Of a DNA stretch of 64,000 nt, positions 1 to 13,500 are shown piece after piece (position 1 is the first letter of the stretch; each line of letters begins with the position of its first letter). Below the pieces are notes generated by a model. That model made no database searches, was not told the DNA's origin, and saw nothing but the letters and a program-made list of their open reading frames with translations. The stretch comes from Eledone cirrhosa (lineage: Eukaryota). A program made the translations under genes and the position numbers. The stretch spans positions 363,878,001 to 363,942,000 of the forward strand of contig OZ024742.1 in the NCBI GenBank assembly GCA_964016885.1, read 5' to 3'.

Positions 1-3000
1 AATGTCAGATGGAACTATCCTTGGTGCTAAGTTGGTTAGAATGTCAGATGGAACTATCCTTGGTGCTAAGTTGGTTAGAATGTCAGATGGAACTATCCTT
101 GGTGCTAAGTTGGTTAGAATGTCAGATGGAACTATCCTTGGTGCTAAGTTGGTTAGAATGTCAGATGGAACTATCCTTGGTGCTAAGTTGGTTACAATGT
201 CAGATGGAACTATCCTTGGTGCTAAGTTGGTTAGAATGTCAGATGGAACTATCCTTGGTGCTAAGTTGGTTAGAATGTCAGATGGAACTATCCTTGCTGC
301 TAAGTTGGTTAGAATGTCAGATGGATCTATCCTTGGTGCTAAGTTGGTTACAATGTCAGATGGAACTATCCTTGGTGCTAAGTTGGTTAGAATGTCAGAT
401 GGAACTATCCTTGGTGCTAAGTTGGTTAGAATGTCAGATGGAACTATCCTTGGTGCTAAGTTGGTTAGAATGTCAGATGGAACTATCCTTGGTGCTAAGT
501 TGGTTAGAATGTCAGATGGAACTATCCTTGGTGCTAAGTTGGTTACAATGTCAGATGGAACTATCCTTGGTGCTAAGTTGGTTAGAATGTCAGATGGAAC
601 TATCCTTGGTGCTAAGTTGGTTACAATGTCAGATGGAACTATCCTTGGTGCTAAGTTGGTTAGAATGTCAGATGGAACTATCCTTGGTGCTAAGTTGGTT
701 AGAATGTCAGATGGAACTATCCTTGGTGCTAAGTTGGTTACAATGTCAGATGGAACTATCCTTGGTGCTAAGTTGGTTACAATGTCAGATGGAACTATCC
801 TTGGTGCTAAGTTGGTTAGAATGTCAGATGGAACTATCCTTGGTGCTAAGTTGGTTACAATGTCAGATGGAACTATCCTTGGTGCTAAGTTGGTTAGAAT
901 GTCAGATGGAACTATCCTTGGTGCTAAGTTGGTTAGAATGTCAGATGGAACTATCCTTGCTGCTAAGTTGGTTAGAATGTCAGATGGATCTATCCTTGGT
1001 GCTAAGTTGGTTACAATGTCAGATGGAACTATCCTTGGTGCTAAGTTGGTTAGAATGTCAGATGGAACTATCCTTGGTGCTAAGTTGGTTAGAATGTCAG
1101 ATGGAACTATCCTTGGTGCTAAGTTGGTTACAATGTCAGATGGAACTATCCTTGGTGCTAAGTTGGTTAGAATGTCAGATGGAACTATCCTTGGTGCTAA
1201 GTTGGTTAGAATGTCAGATGGAACTATCCTTGCTGCTAAGTTGGTTAGAATGTCAGATGGATCTATCCTTGGTGCTAAGTTGGTTACAATGTCAGATGGA
1301 ACTATCCTTGGTGCTAAGTTGGTTAGAATGTCAGATGGAACTATCCTTGGTGCTAAGTTGGTTAGAATGTCAGATGGAACTATCCTTGGTGCTAAGTTGG
1401 TTAGAATGTCAGATGGAACTATCCTTGGTGCTAAGTTGGTTAGAATGTCAGATGGAACTATCCTTGGTGCTAAGTTGGTTACAATGTCAGATGGAACTAT
1501 CCTTGGTGCTAAGTTGGTTAGAATGTCAGATGGAACTATCCTTGGTGCTAAGTTGGTTAGAATGTCAGATGGAACTATCCTTGGTGCTAAGTTGGTTAGA
1601 ATGTCAGATGGATCTATCCTTGGTGCTAAGTTGGTTAGAATGTCAGATGGAACTATCCTTGGTGCTAAGTTGGTTACAATGTCAGATGGAACTATCCTTG
1701 GTGCTAAGTTGGTTAGAATGTCAGATGGAACTATCCTTGGTGCTAAGTTGGTTAGAATGTCAGATGGAACTATCCTTGGTGCTAAGTTGGTTACAATGTC
1801 AGATGGAACTATCCTTGCTGCTAAGTTGGTTAGAATGTCAGATGGAACTATCCTTGGTGCTAAGTTGGTTAGAATGTCAGATGGATCTATCCTTGGTGCT
1901 AAGTTGGTTACAATGTCAGATGGAACTATCCTTGGTGCTAAGTTGGTTACAATGTCAGATGGAACTATCCTTGGTGCTAAGTTGGTTACAATGTCAGATG
2001 GAACTATCCTTGCTGCTAAGTTGGTTAGAATGTCAGTTGGAACTATCCTTGGTGCTAAGTTGGTTCCAACGTCAGATGGAACTATCCTTGCTGCTAAGTT
2101 GGTTAGAATGTCAGATGGAACTATCCTTGGTGCTAAGTTGGTTACAATGTCAGATGGAACTATCCTTGGTGCTAAGTTGGTTAGAATGTCAGTTGGAACT
2201 ATCCTTGCTGCTAAGTTGGTTACAATGTCAGATGGAACTATCCTTGGTGCTAAGTTGGTTCCAACGTCAGATGGAACTATCCTTGCTGCTAAGTTGGTTA
2301 GAATGTCAGTTGGAACTATCCTTGCTGCTAAGTTGGTTACAATGTCAGATGGAACTATCCTTGCTGCTAAGTTGGTTAGAATGTCAGATGGAACTATCCT
2401 TGTTGCTAAGTTGGTTAGAATGTCAGATGGAACTATCCTTGGTGCTAAGTTGGTTCCAACGTCAGATGGAACTATCCTTGTTGCTAAGTTGGTTACAATG
2501 TCAGATGGAACTATCCTTGGTGCTAAGTTGGTTACAATGTCAGATGGAACTATCCTTGGTGCTAAGTTGGTTACAATGTCAGATGGAACTATCCTTGGTG
2601 CTAAGTTGGTTACAATGTCAGATGGAACTATCCTTGGTGCTAAGTTGGTTAGAATGTCAGATGGAACTATCCTTGCTGCTAAATTGGTTAGAATGTCAGA
2701 TGGAACTATCCTTGGTGCTAAGTTGGTTAGAATGTCAGATGGATCTATCCTTGCTGCTAAGTTGGTAACAATGTCAGATGGAACTATCCTTGGTGCTAAG
2801 TTGGTTAGAATGTCAGATGGATCTATCCTTGCTGCTAAGTTGGTTACAATGTCAGATGGAACTATCCTTGCTGCTAAGTTGGTTACAATGTCAGATGGAA
2901 CTATCCTTGGTGCTAAGTTGGTTACAATGTCAGATGGAACTATCCTTGCTGCTAAATTGGTTAGAATGTCAGATGGAACTATCCTTGGTGCTAAGTTGGT

Positions 3001-6000
3001 TACAATGTCAGATGGAACTATCCTTGCTGCTAAATTGGTTAGAATGTCAGATGGAACTATCCTTGCTGCTAAGTTGGATACAATGTCAGATGGAACTATC
3101 CTTGCTGCTAAGTTGGTTAGAATGTCAGATGGAACTATCCTTGGTGCTAAGTTGGTTAGAATGTCAGATGGAACTATCCTTGGTGCTAAGTTGGTTACAA
3201 TGTCAGATGGAACTATCCTTGCTGCTAAGTTGGTTACAATGTCAGATGGAACTATCCTTGCTGCTAAGTTGGTTAGAATGTCAGATGGAACTATCCTTGG
3301 TGCTAAGTTGGTTAGAATGTCAGATGGAACTATCCTTGGTGCTAAGTTGGTTACAATGTCAGATGGAACTATCCTTGCTGCTAAGTTGGTTACAATGTCA
3401 GATGGAACTATCCTTGCTGCTAAGTTGGTTAGAATGTCAGATGGAACTATCCTTGGTGCTAAGTTGGTTAGAATGTCAGATGGAACTATCCTTGGTGCTA
3501 AGTTGGTTACAATGTCAGATGGAACTATCCTTGCTGCTAAGTTGGTTACAATGTCAGATGGAACTATCCTTGCTGCTAAGTTGGTTAGAATGTCAGATGG
3601 AACTATCCTTGGTGCTAAGTTGGTTAGAATGTCAGATGGAACTATCCTTGGTGCTAAGTTGGTTACAATGTCAGATGGAACTATCCTTGCTGCTAAGTTG
3701 GTTACAATGTCAGATGGAACTATCCTTGCTGCTAAGTTGGTTAGAATGTCAGATGGAACTATCCTTGGTGCTAAGTTGGTTAGAATGTCAGATGGATCTA
3801 TCCTTGGTGCTAAGTTGGTTACAATGTCAGATGGAACTATCCTTGGTGCTAAGTTGGTTACAATGTCAGATGGAACTATCCTTGGTGCTAAGTTGGTTAG
3901 AATGTCAGATGGAACTATCCTTGGTGCTAAGTTGGTTAGAATGTCAGATGGAACTATCCTTGGTGCTAAGTTGGTTACAATGTCAGATGGAACTATCCTT
4001 GCTGCTAAGTTGGTTAGAATGTCAGATGGAACTATCCTTGCTGCTAAGTTGGTTAGAATGTCAGATGGATCTATCCTTGGTGCTAAGTTGGTTACAATTT
4101 CAGATGGAACTATCCTTGCTGCTAAGTTGGTTACAATGTCAGATGGAACTATCCTTGCTGCTAAGTTGGTTAGAATGTCAGATGGAACTATCCTTGGTGC
4201 TAAGTTGGTTAGAATGTCAGATGGAACTATCCTTGGTGCTAAGTTGGTTAGAATGTCAGATGGAACTATCCTTGGTGCTAAGTTGGTTACAATGTCAGAT
4301 GGAACTATCCTTGGTGCTAAGTTGGTTAGAATGTCAGATGGAACTATCCTTGGTGCTAAGTTGGTTAGAATGTCAGATGGAACTATCCTTGGTGCTAAGT
4401 TGGTTACAATGTCAGATGGAACTATCCTTGCTGCTAAGTTGGTTAGAATGTCAGATGGAACTATCCTTGGTGCTAAGTTGGTTAGAATGTCAGATGGATC
4501 TATCCTTGGTGCTAAGTTGGTTACAATGTCAGATGGAACTATCCTTGGTGCTAAGTTGGTTAGAATGTCAGATGGAACTATCCTTGGTGCTAAGTTGGTT
4601 AGAATGTCAGATGGAACTATCCTTGGTGCTAAGTTGGTTAGAATGTCAGATGGAACTATCCTTGGTGCTAAGTTGGTTAGAATGTCAGATGGAACTATCC
4701 TTGGTGCTAAGTTGGTTACAATGTCAGATGGAACTATCCTTGGTGCTAAGTTGGTTAGAATGTCAGATGGAACTATCCTTGGTGCTAAGTTGGTTAGAAT
4801 GTCAGATGGAACTATCCTTGCTGCTAAGTTGGTTAGAATGTCAGATGGATCTATCCTTGGTGCTAAGTTGGTTACAATGTCAGATGGAACTATCCTTGGT
4901 GCTAAGTTGGTTAGAATGTCAGATGGAACTATCCTTGGTGCTAAGTTGGTTAGAATGTCAGATGGAACTATCCTTGGTGCTAAGTTGGTTAGAATGTCAG
5001 ATGGAACTATCCTTGGTGCTAAGTTGGTTAGAATGTCAGATGGAACTATCCTTGGTGCTAAGTTGGTTACAATGTCAGATGGAACTATCCTTGGTGCTAA
5101 GTTGGTTAGAATGTCAGATGGAACTATCCTTGGTGCTAAGTTGGTTACAATGTCAGATGGAACTATCCTTGGTGCTAAGTTGGTTAGAATGTCAGATGGA
5201 ACTATCCTTGGTGCTAAGTTGGTTAGAATGTCAGATGGAACTATCCTTGGTGCTAAGTTGGTTACAATGTCAGATGGAACTATCCTTGGTGCTAAGTTGG
5301 TTACAATGTCAGATGGAACTATCCTTGGTGCTAAGTTGGTTAGAATGTCAGATGGAACTATCCTTGGTGCTAAGTTGGTTACAATGTCAGATGGAACTAT
5401 CCTTGGTGCTAAGTTGGTTAGAATGTCAGATGGAACTATCCTTGGTGCTAAGTTGGTTAGAATGTCAGATGGAACTATCCTTGCTGCTAAGTTGGTTAGA
5501 ATGTCAGATGGATCTATCCTTGGTGCTAAGTTGGTTACAATGTCAGATGGAACTATCCTTGGTGCTAAGTTGGTTAGAATGTCAGATGGAACTATCCTTG
5601 GTGCTAAGTTGGTTAGAATGTCAGATGGAACTATCCTTGGTGCTAAGTTGGTTACAATGTCAGATGGAACTATCCTTGGTGCTAAGTTGGTTAGAATGTC
5701 AGATGGAACTATCCTTGGTGCTAAGTTGGTTAGAATGTCAGATGGAACTATCCTTGCTGCTAAGTTGGTTAGAATGTCAGATGGATCTATCCTTGGTGCT
5801 AAGTTGGTTACAATGTCAGATGGAACTATCCTTGGTGCTAAGTTGGTTAGAATGTCAGATGGAACTATCCTTGGTGCTAAGTTGGTTAGAATGTCAGATG
5901 GAACTATCCTTGGTGCTAAGTTGGTTAGAATGTCAGATGGAACTATCCTTGGTGCTAAGTTGGTTAGAATGTCAGATGGAACTATCCTTGGTGCTAAGTT

Positions 6001-7595
6001 GGTTACAATGTCAGATGGAACTATCCTTGGTGCTAAGTTGGTTAGAATGTCAGATGGAACTATCCTTGGTGCTAAGTTGGTTAGAATGTCAGATGGAACT
6101 ATCCTTGGTGCTAAGTTGGTTAGAATGTCAGATGGATCTATCCTTGGTGCTAAGTTGGTTAGAATGTCAGATGGAACTATCCTTGGTGCTAAGTTGGTTA
6201 CAATGTCAGATGGAACTATCCTTGGTGCTAAGTTGGTTAGAATGTCAGATGGAACTATCCTTGGTGCTAAGTTGGTTAGAATGTCAGATGGAACTATCCT
6301 TGGTGCTAAGTTGGTTACAATGTCAGATGGAACTATCCTTGCTGCTAAGTTGGTTAGAATGTCAGATGGAACTATCCTTGGTGCTAAGTTGGTTAGAATG
6401 TCAGATGGATCTATCCTTGGTGCTAAGTTGGTTACAATGTCAGATGGAACTATCCTTGGTGCTAAGTTGGTTACAATGTCAGATGGAACTATCCTTGGTG
6501 CTAAGTTGGTTACAATGTCAGATGGAACTATCCTTGCTGCTAAGTTGGTTAGAATGTCAGTTGGAACTATCCTTGGTGCTAAGTTGGTTCCAACGTCAGA
6601 TGGAACTATCCTTGCTGCTAAGTTGGTTAGAATGTCAGATGGAACTATCCTTGGTGCTAAGTTGGTTACAATGTCAGATGGAACTATCCTTGGTGCTAAG
6701 TTGGTTAGAATGTCAGTTGGAACTATCCTTGCTGCTAAGTTGGTTACAATGTCAGATGGAACTATCCTTGGTGCTAAGTTGGTTCCAACGTCAGATGGAA
6801 CTATCCTTGCTGCTAAGTTGGTTAGAATGTCAGTTGGAACTATCCTTGCTGCTAAGTTGGTTACAATGTCAGATGGAACTATCCTTGCTGCTAAGTTGGT
6901 TAGAATGTCAGATGGAACTATCCTTGTTGCTAAGTTGGTTAGAATGTCAGATGGAACTATCCTTGGTGCTAAGTTGGTTCCAACGTCAGATGGAACTATC
7001 CTTGTTGCTAAGTTGGTTACAATGTCAGATGGAACTATCCTTGGTGCTAAGTTGGTTACAATGTCAGATGGAACTATCCTTGGTGCTAAGTTGGTTACAA
7101 TGTCAGATGGAACTATCCTTGGTGCTAAGTTGGTTACAATGTCAGATGGAACTATCCTTGGTGCTAAGTTGGTTAGAATGTCAGATGGAACTATCCTTGC
7201 TGCTAAATTGGTTAGAATGTCAGATGGAACTATCCTTGGTGCTAAGTTGGTTAGAATGTCAGATGGATCTATCCTTGCTGCTAAGTTGGTAACAATGTCA
7301 GATGGAACTATCCTTGGTGCTAAGTTGGTTAGAATGTCAGATGGATCTATCCTTGCTGCTAAGTTGGTTACAATGTCAGATGGAACTATCCTTGCTGCTA
7401 AGTTGGTTACAATGTCAGATGGAACTATCCTTGGTGCTAAGTTGGTTACAATGTCAGATGGAACTATCCTTGCTGCTAAATTGGTTAGAATGTCAGATGG
7501 AACTATCCTTGGTGCTAAGTTGGTTACAATGTCAGATGGAACTATCCTTGCTGCTAAATTGGTTAGAATGTCAGATGGAACTATCCTTGCTGCTA
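1..7595. repeat. Higher-order duplication in the 39-mer array: ~1-3070 repeated at ~4525-7595 (offset 4524 bp = 116 units)
   Basis: The rare variant ggtaaca gives stops at 2768 and 7292 (offset 4524). The order of tcagttgg, ccaacg and aaattgg variants is the same in both copies. Confidence 0.9.
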
Positions 7596-10500
7596 AGTTG
7601 GTTACAATGTCAGATGGAACTATCCTTGCTGCTAAATTGGTTAGAATGTCACATGGAACTATCCTTGGTGCTAAGTTGGTTAGAATGTCAGATGGATCTA
7701 TCCTTGCTGCTAAGTTGGTTACAATGTCAGATGGAACTATCCTTGGTGCTAAGTTGGTTACAATGTCAGATGGAACTGTCCTAGCTGCTAAATTGGTTAC
7801 AATGTCAGATGGAACTATCCTTGCTGCTAAATTGTTTACAATGTCAGATGGAACTATCCTTGGTGCTAAGTTGGTTAGAATGTCAGATGGATCAATCCTT
7901 GCTGCTAAGTTGGTTAGAATGTCAGATGGAACTATCCTTGCTGCTAAGTTGGTTACAATGTCAGATGGAACTATCCTTGCTGCTAAGTTGGTTACAATGT
8001 CAGATGGAACTATCCTTGGTGCTAAGTTGGTTAGAATGTCAGATGGAACTATCCTTGCTGCTAAGTTGGTTAGAATGTCAGATGGAATTATCCTTGGTGC
8101 TAAGTTGGTTAGAATGTCAGATGGAACTATCCTTGGTGCTAAGTTTGTTACAATGTCAGATGGAACTATCCTAGCTGCTAAGTTGGTTAGTATGTTAGAT
8201 GGAACTATCCTTGCTTGTAAGTTGGTTACAATGTCAGATGGAACTATCCTTGCTGCTAAGTTGGTTAGAATGTCAGATGGAACTATCCTTGCTGCTAAGT
8301 TGGTTACAATGTCAGATGGAACTATCCTTGGTGCTAAGTTGGTTCCAATGTCAGATGGAACTATCCTTGGTGCTAAGTTGGTTAGAATGTCAGATGGAAC
8401 TATCCTTGCTGCTAAGTTGGTTACAATGTCAGATGGAACTATCCTTGCTGCTAAGTTGGTTAGAATGTCAGATGGAACTATCCTTGCTGCTAAGTTGGTT
8501 ACAATGTCAGATGGAACTATCCTAGCTGCTAAATTGGTTACAATGTCAGATGGAACTATCCTTGCTGCTAAGTTGGTTAGAATGTCAGATGGAACTATCC
8601 TTGCTGCTAAGTTGGTTAGAATGTCAGATGGAACTATCCTTGCTGCTAAGTTGGTTACAATGTCAGATGGAACTATCCTAGCTGCTAAATTGGTTACAAT
8701 GTCAGATGGAACTATCCTTGCTGCTAAGTTGGTTACAATGTCAGATGGAACTATCCTTGCTGCTAAGTTGGTTACAATGTCAGATGGAACTATCCTTGCT
8801 GCTAAGTTGGTTAGAATGTCAGATGGAACTATCCTTGGTGCTAAGTTGGTTCCAATGTCAGATGGAACTATCCTTGGTGCTAAGTTGGTTACAATGTCAG
8901 ATGGAACTATCCTTGGTGCTAAGTTGGTTACAATGTCAGATGGAACTATCCTTGGTGCTAAGTTGGTTCCAATGTCAGATGGAACTATCCTTGGTGCTAA
9001 GTTGGTTACAATGTCAGATGGAACTATCCTTGGTGCTAAGTTGGTTCCAATGTCAGATGGAACTATCCTTGGTGCTAAGTTGGTTCCAATGTCAGATGGA
9101 ACTATCCTTGGTGCTAAGTTGGTTACAATGTCAGATGGAACTATCCTTGGTGCTAAGTTGGTTCCAATGTCAGATGGAACTATCCTTGGTGCTAAGTTGG
9201 TTCCAATGTCAGATGGAACTATCCTTGGTGCTAAGTTGGTTCCAATGTCAGATGGAACTATCCTTGGTGCTAAGTTGGTTCCAATGTCAGATGGAACTAT
9301 CCTTGGTGCTAAGTTGGTTACAATGTCAGATGGAACTATCCTTGCTGCTAAGTTGGTTACAATGTCAGATGGAACTATCCTTGCTGCTAAGTTGGTTAGA
9401 ATGTCAGATGGAACTATCCTTGCTGCTAAGTTGGTTAGAATGTCAGATGGAACTATCCTTGGTGCTAAGTTGGTTAGAATGTCAGATGGAACTATCCTTG
9501 CTGCTAAGTTGGTTAGAATGTCAGATGGAACTATCCTTGCTGCTAAGTTGGTTAGAATGTCAGATGGAACTATCCTTGCTGCTAAGTTGGTTCCAATGTC
9601 AGATGGAACTATCCTTGCTGCTAAGTTGATTAGAATGTCAGATGGAACTATCCTTGCTGCTAAGTTGGTTAGAATGTCAGATGGAACTATCCTTGCTGCT
9701 AAGTTGGTTAGAATGTCAGATGGAACTATCCTTGGTGCTAAGTTGGTTCCAATGTCAGATGGAACTATCCTTGGTGCTAAGTTGGTTCCAATGTCAGATG
9801 GAACTATCCTTGGTGCTAAGTTGGTTCCAATGTCAGATGGAACTATCCTTGGTGCTAAGTTGGTTCCAATGTCAGATGGAACTATCCTTGCTGCTAAGTT
9901 GGTTAGAATGTCAGATGGAACTATCCTTGCTGCTAAGTTGGTTACAATGTCAGATGGAACTATCCTTGGTGCTAAGTTGGTTAGAATGTCAGATGGAACT
10001 ATCCTTGCTGCTAAGTTGGTTACAATGTCAGATGGAACTATCCTTGCTGCTAAGTTGGTTAGAATGTCAGATGGAACTATCCTTGCTGCTAAGTTGGTTA
10101 GAATGTCAGATGGAACTATCCTTCCTGCTAAGTTGGTTAGAATGTCAGATGGAACTATCCTTGCTGCTAAGTTGATTAGAATGTCAGATGGAACTATCCT
10201 TGCTGCTAAATTGGTTAGAATGTCAGATGGAACTATCCTTGGTGCTAAGTTGGTTACAATGTCAGATGGAACTATCCTTGGTGCTAAGTTGGTTAGAATG
10301 TCAGATGGAACTATCCTTGCTGCTAAATTGGTTAGAATGTCAGATGGAACTATCCTTGGTGCTAAGTTGGTTAGAATGTCAGATGGAACTATCCTAGCTG
10401 CTAAGTTGGTTAGAATGTCAGATGGAACTATCCTTGCTGCTAAGTTGGTTACAATGTCAGATGGAACTATCCTTGCTGCTAAGTTGGTTAGAATGTCAGA

Positions 10501-13500
10501 TGGAACTATCCTAGCTGCTAAGTTGGTTACAATGTCAGATGGAACTATCCTTCCTGCTAAGTTGGTTAGAATGTCAGATGGAACTATCCTTGGTGCTAAG
10601 TTGGTTACAATGTCAGATGGAACTATCCTTGGTGCTAAGTTGGTTAGAATGTCAGATGGAACTATCCTTGGTGCTAAGTTGGTTAGAATGTCAGATGGAA
10701 CTATCCTTGGTGCTAAGTTGGTTACAATGTCAGATGGAACTATCCTTGCTGCTAAGTTGGTTACAATGTCAGATGGAACTATCCTTGCTGCTAAGTTGGT
10801 TACAATGTCAGATGGAACTATCCTTGCTGCTAAGTTGGTTACAATGTCAGATGGAACTATCCTTGCTGCTAAGTTGGTTACAATGTCAGATGGAACTATC
10901 CTTGCTGCTAAGTTGGTTACAATGTCAGATGGAACTATCCTTGCTGCTAAGTTGGTTACAATGTCAGATGGAACTATCCTTGCTGCTAAGTTGGTTAGAA
11001 TGTCAGATGAAACTATCCTTGGTGCTAAGTTGGTTACAATGTCAGATGGAACTATCCTTGCTGCTAAGTTGGTTAGAATGTCAGATGGAACTATCCTTGG
11101 TGCTAAGTTGGTTACAATGTCAGATGGAACTATCCTTGCTGCTAAGTTGGTTAGAATGTCAGATGGAACTATCCTTGGTGCTAAGTTGGTTACAATGTCA
11201 GATGGAACTATCCTTGCTGCTAAGTTGGTTAGAATGTCAGATGAAACTATCCTTGGTGCTAAGTTGGTTACAATGTCAGATGGAACTATCCTTGGTGCTA
11301 AGTTGGTTACAATGTCAGATGGAACTATCCTTGCTGCTAAGTTGGTTAGAATGTCAGATGAAACTATCCTTGGTGCTAAGTTGGTTAGAATGTCAGATGG
11401 AACTATCCTTGGTGCTAAGTTGGTTACAATGTCAGATGGAACTATCCTTGCTGCTAAGTTGGTTACAATGTCAGATGGAACTATCCTTGCTGCTAAGTTG
11501 GTTACAATGTCAGATGGAACTATCCTTGCTGCTAAGTTGGTTACAATGTCAGATGGAACTATCCTTGCTGCTAAGTTGGTTAGAATGTCAGATGGAACTA
11601 TCCTTGGTGCTAAGTTGGTTACAATGTCAGATGGAACTATCCTTGCTGCTAAGTTGGTTACAATGTCAGATGGAACTATCCTTGCTGCTAAGTTGGTTAG
11701 AATGTCAGATGGAACTATCCTTGCTGCTAAGTTGGTTACAATGTCAGATGGAACTATCCTTGCTGCTAAGTTGGTTACAATGTCAGATGGAACTATCCTT
11801 GCTGCTAAGTTGGTTACAATGTCAGATGGAACTATCCTTGCTGCTAAGTTGGTTACAATGTCAGATGGAACTATCCTTGCTGCTAAGTTGGTTAGAATGT
11901 CAGATGGAACTATCCTTGGTGCTAAGTTGGTTACAATGTCAGATGGAACTATCCTTGCTGCTAAGTTGGTTACAATGTCAGATGGAACTATCCTTGCTGC
12001 TAAGTTGGTTACAATGTCAGATGGAACTATCCTTGCTGCTAAGTTGGTTACAATGTCAGATGGAACTATCCTTGCTGCTAAGTTGGTTACAATGTCAGAT
12101 GGAACTATCCTTGCTGCTAAGTTGGTTAGAATGTCAGATGGAACTATCCTTGCTGCTAAGTTGGTTACAATGTCAGATGGAACTATCCTTGCTGCTAAGT
12201 TGGTTACAATGTCAGATGGAACTATCCTTGCTGCTAAGTTGGTTACAATGTCAGATGGAACTATCCTTGCTGTTAAGTTGGTTACAATGTCAGATGGAAC
12301 TATCCTTGCTGCTAAGTTGGTTACAATGTCAGATGGAACTATCCTTGCTGCTAAGTTGGTTAGAATGTCAGATGGAACTATCCTTGGTGCTAAGTTGGTT
12401 ACAATGTCAGATGGAACTATCCTTGCTGCTAAGTTGGTTACAATGTCAGATGGAACTATCCTTGCTGCTAAGTTGGTTACAATGTCAGATGGAACTATCC
12501 TTGCTGCTAAGTTGGTTAGAATGTCAGATGGAACTATCCTTGCTGCTAAGTTGGTTACAATGTCAGATGGAACTATCCTTGCTGCTAAGTTGGTTACAAT
12601 GTCAGATGGAACTATCCTTGCTGCTAAGTTGGTTACAATGTCAGATGGAACTATCCTTGCTGCTAAGTTGGTTAGAATGTCAGATGGAACTATCCTTGGT
12701 GCTAAGTTGGTTAGAATGTCAGATGGAACTATCCTTGGTGCTAAGTTGGTTAGAATGTCAGATGAAACTATCCTTGGTGCTAAGTTGGTTACAATGTCAG
12801 ATGGAACTATCCTTGCTGCTAAGTTGGTTAGAATGTCAGATGAAACTATCCTTGGTGCTAAGTTGGTTACAATGTCAGATGGAACTATCCTTGCTGCTAA
12901 GTTGGTTAGAATGTCAGATGAAACTATCCTTGGTGCTAAGTTGGTTACAATGTCAGATGGAACTATCCTTGCTGCTAAGTTGGTTAGAATGTCAGATGGA
13001 ACTATCCTTGGTGCTAAGTTGGTTACAATGTCAGATGGAACTATCCTTGCTGCTAAGTTGGTTAGAATGTCAGATGAAACTATCCTTGGTGCTAAGTTGG
13101 TTACAATGTCAGATGGAACTATCCTTGCTGCTAAGTTGGTTAGAATGTCAGATGAAACTATCCTTGGTGCTAAGTTGGTTACAATGTCAGATGGAACTAT
13201 CCTTGCTGCTAAGTTGGTTAGAATGTCAGATGAAACTATCCTTGGTGCTAAGTTGGTTACAATGTCAGATGGAACTATCCTTGCTGCTAAGTTGGTTAGA
13301 ATGTCAGATGGAACTATCCTTGGTGCTAAGTTGGTTACAATGTCAGATGGAACTATCCTTGCTGCTAAGTTGGTTAGAATGTCAGATGAAACTATCCTTG
13401 GTGCTAAGTTGGTTACAATGTCAGATGGAACTATCCTTGGTGCTAAGTTGGTTACAATGTCAGATGGAACTATCCTTGCTGCTAAGTTGGTTAGAATGTC

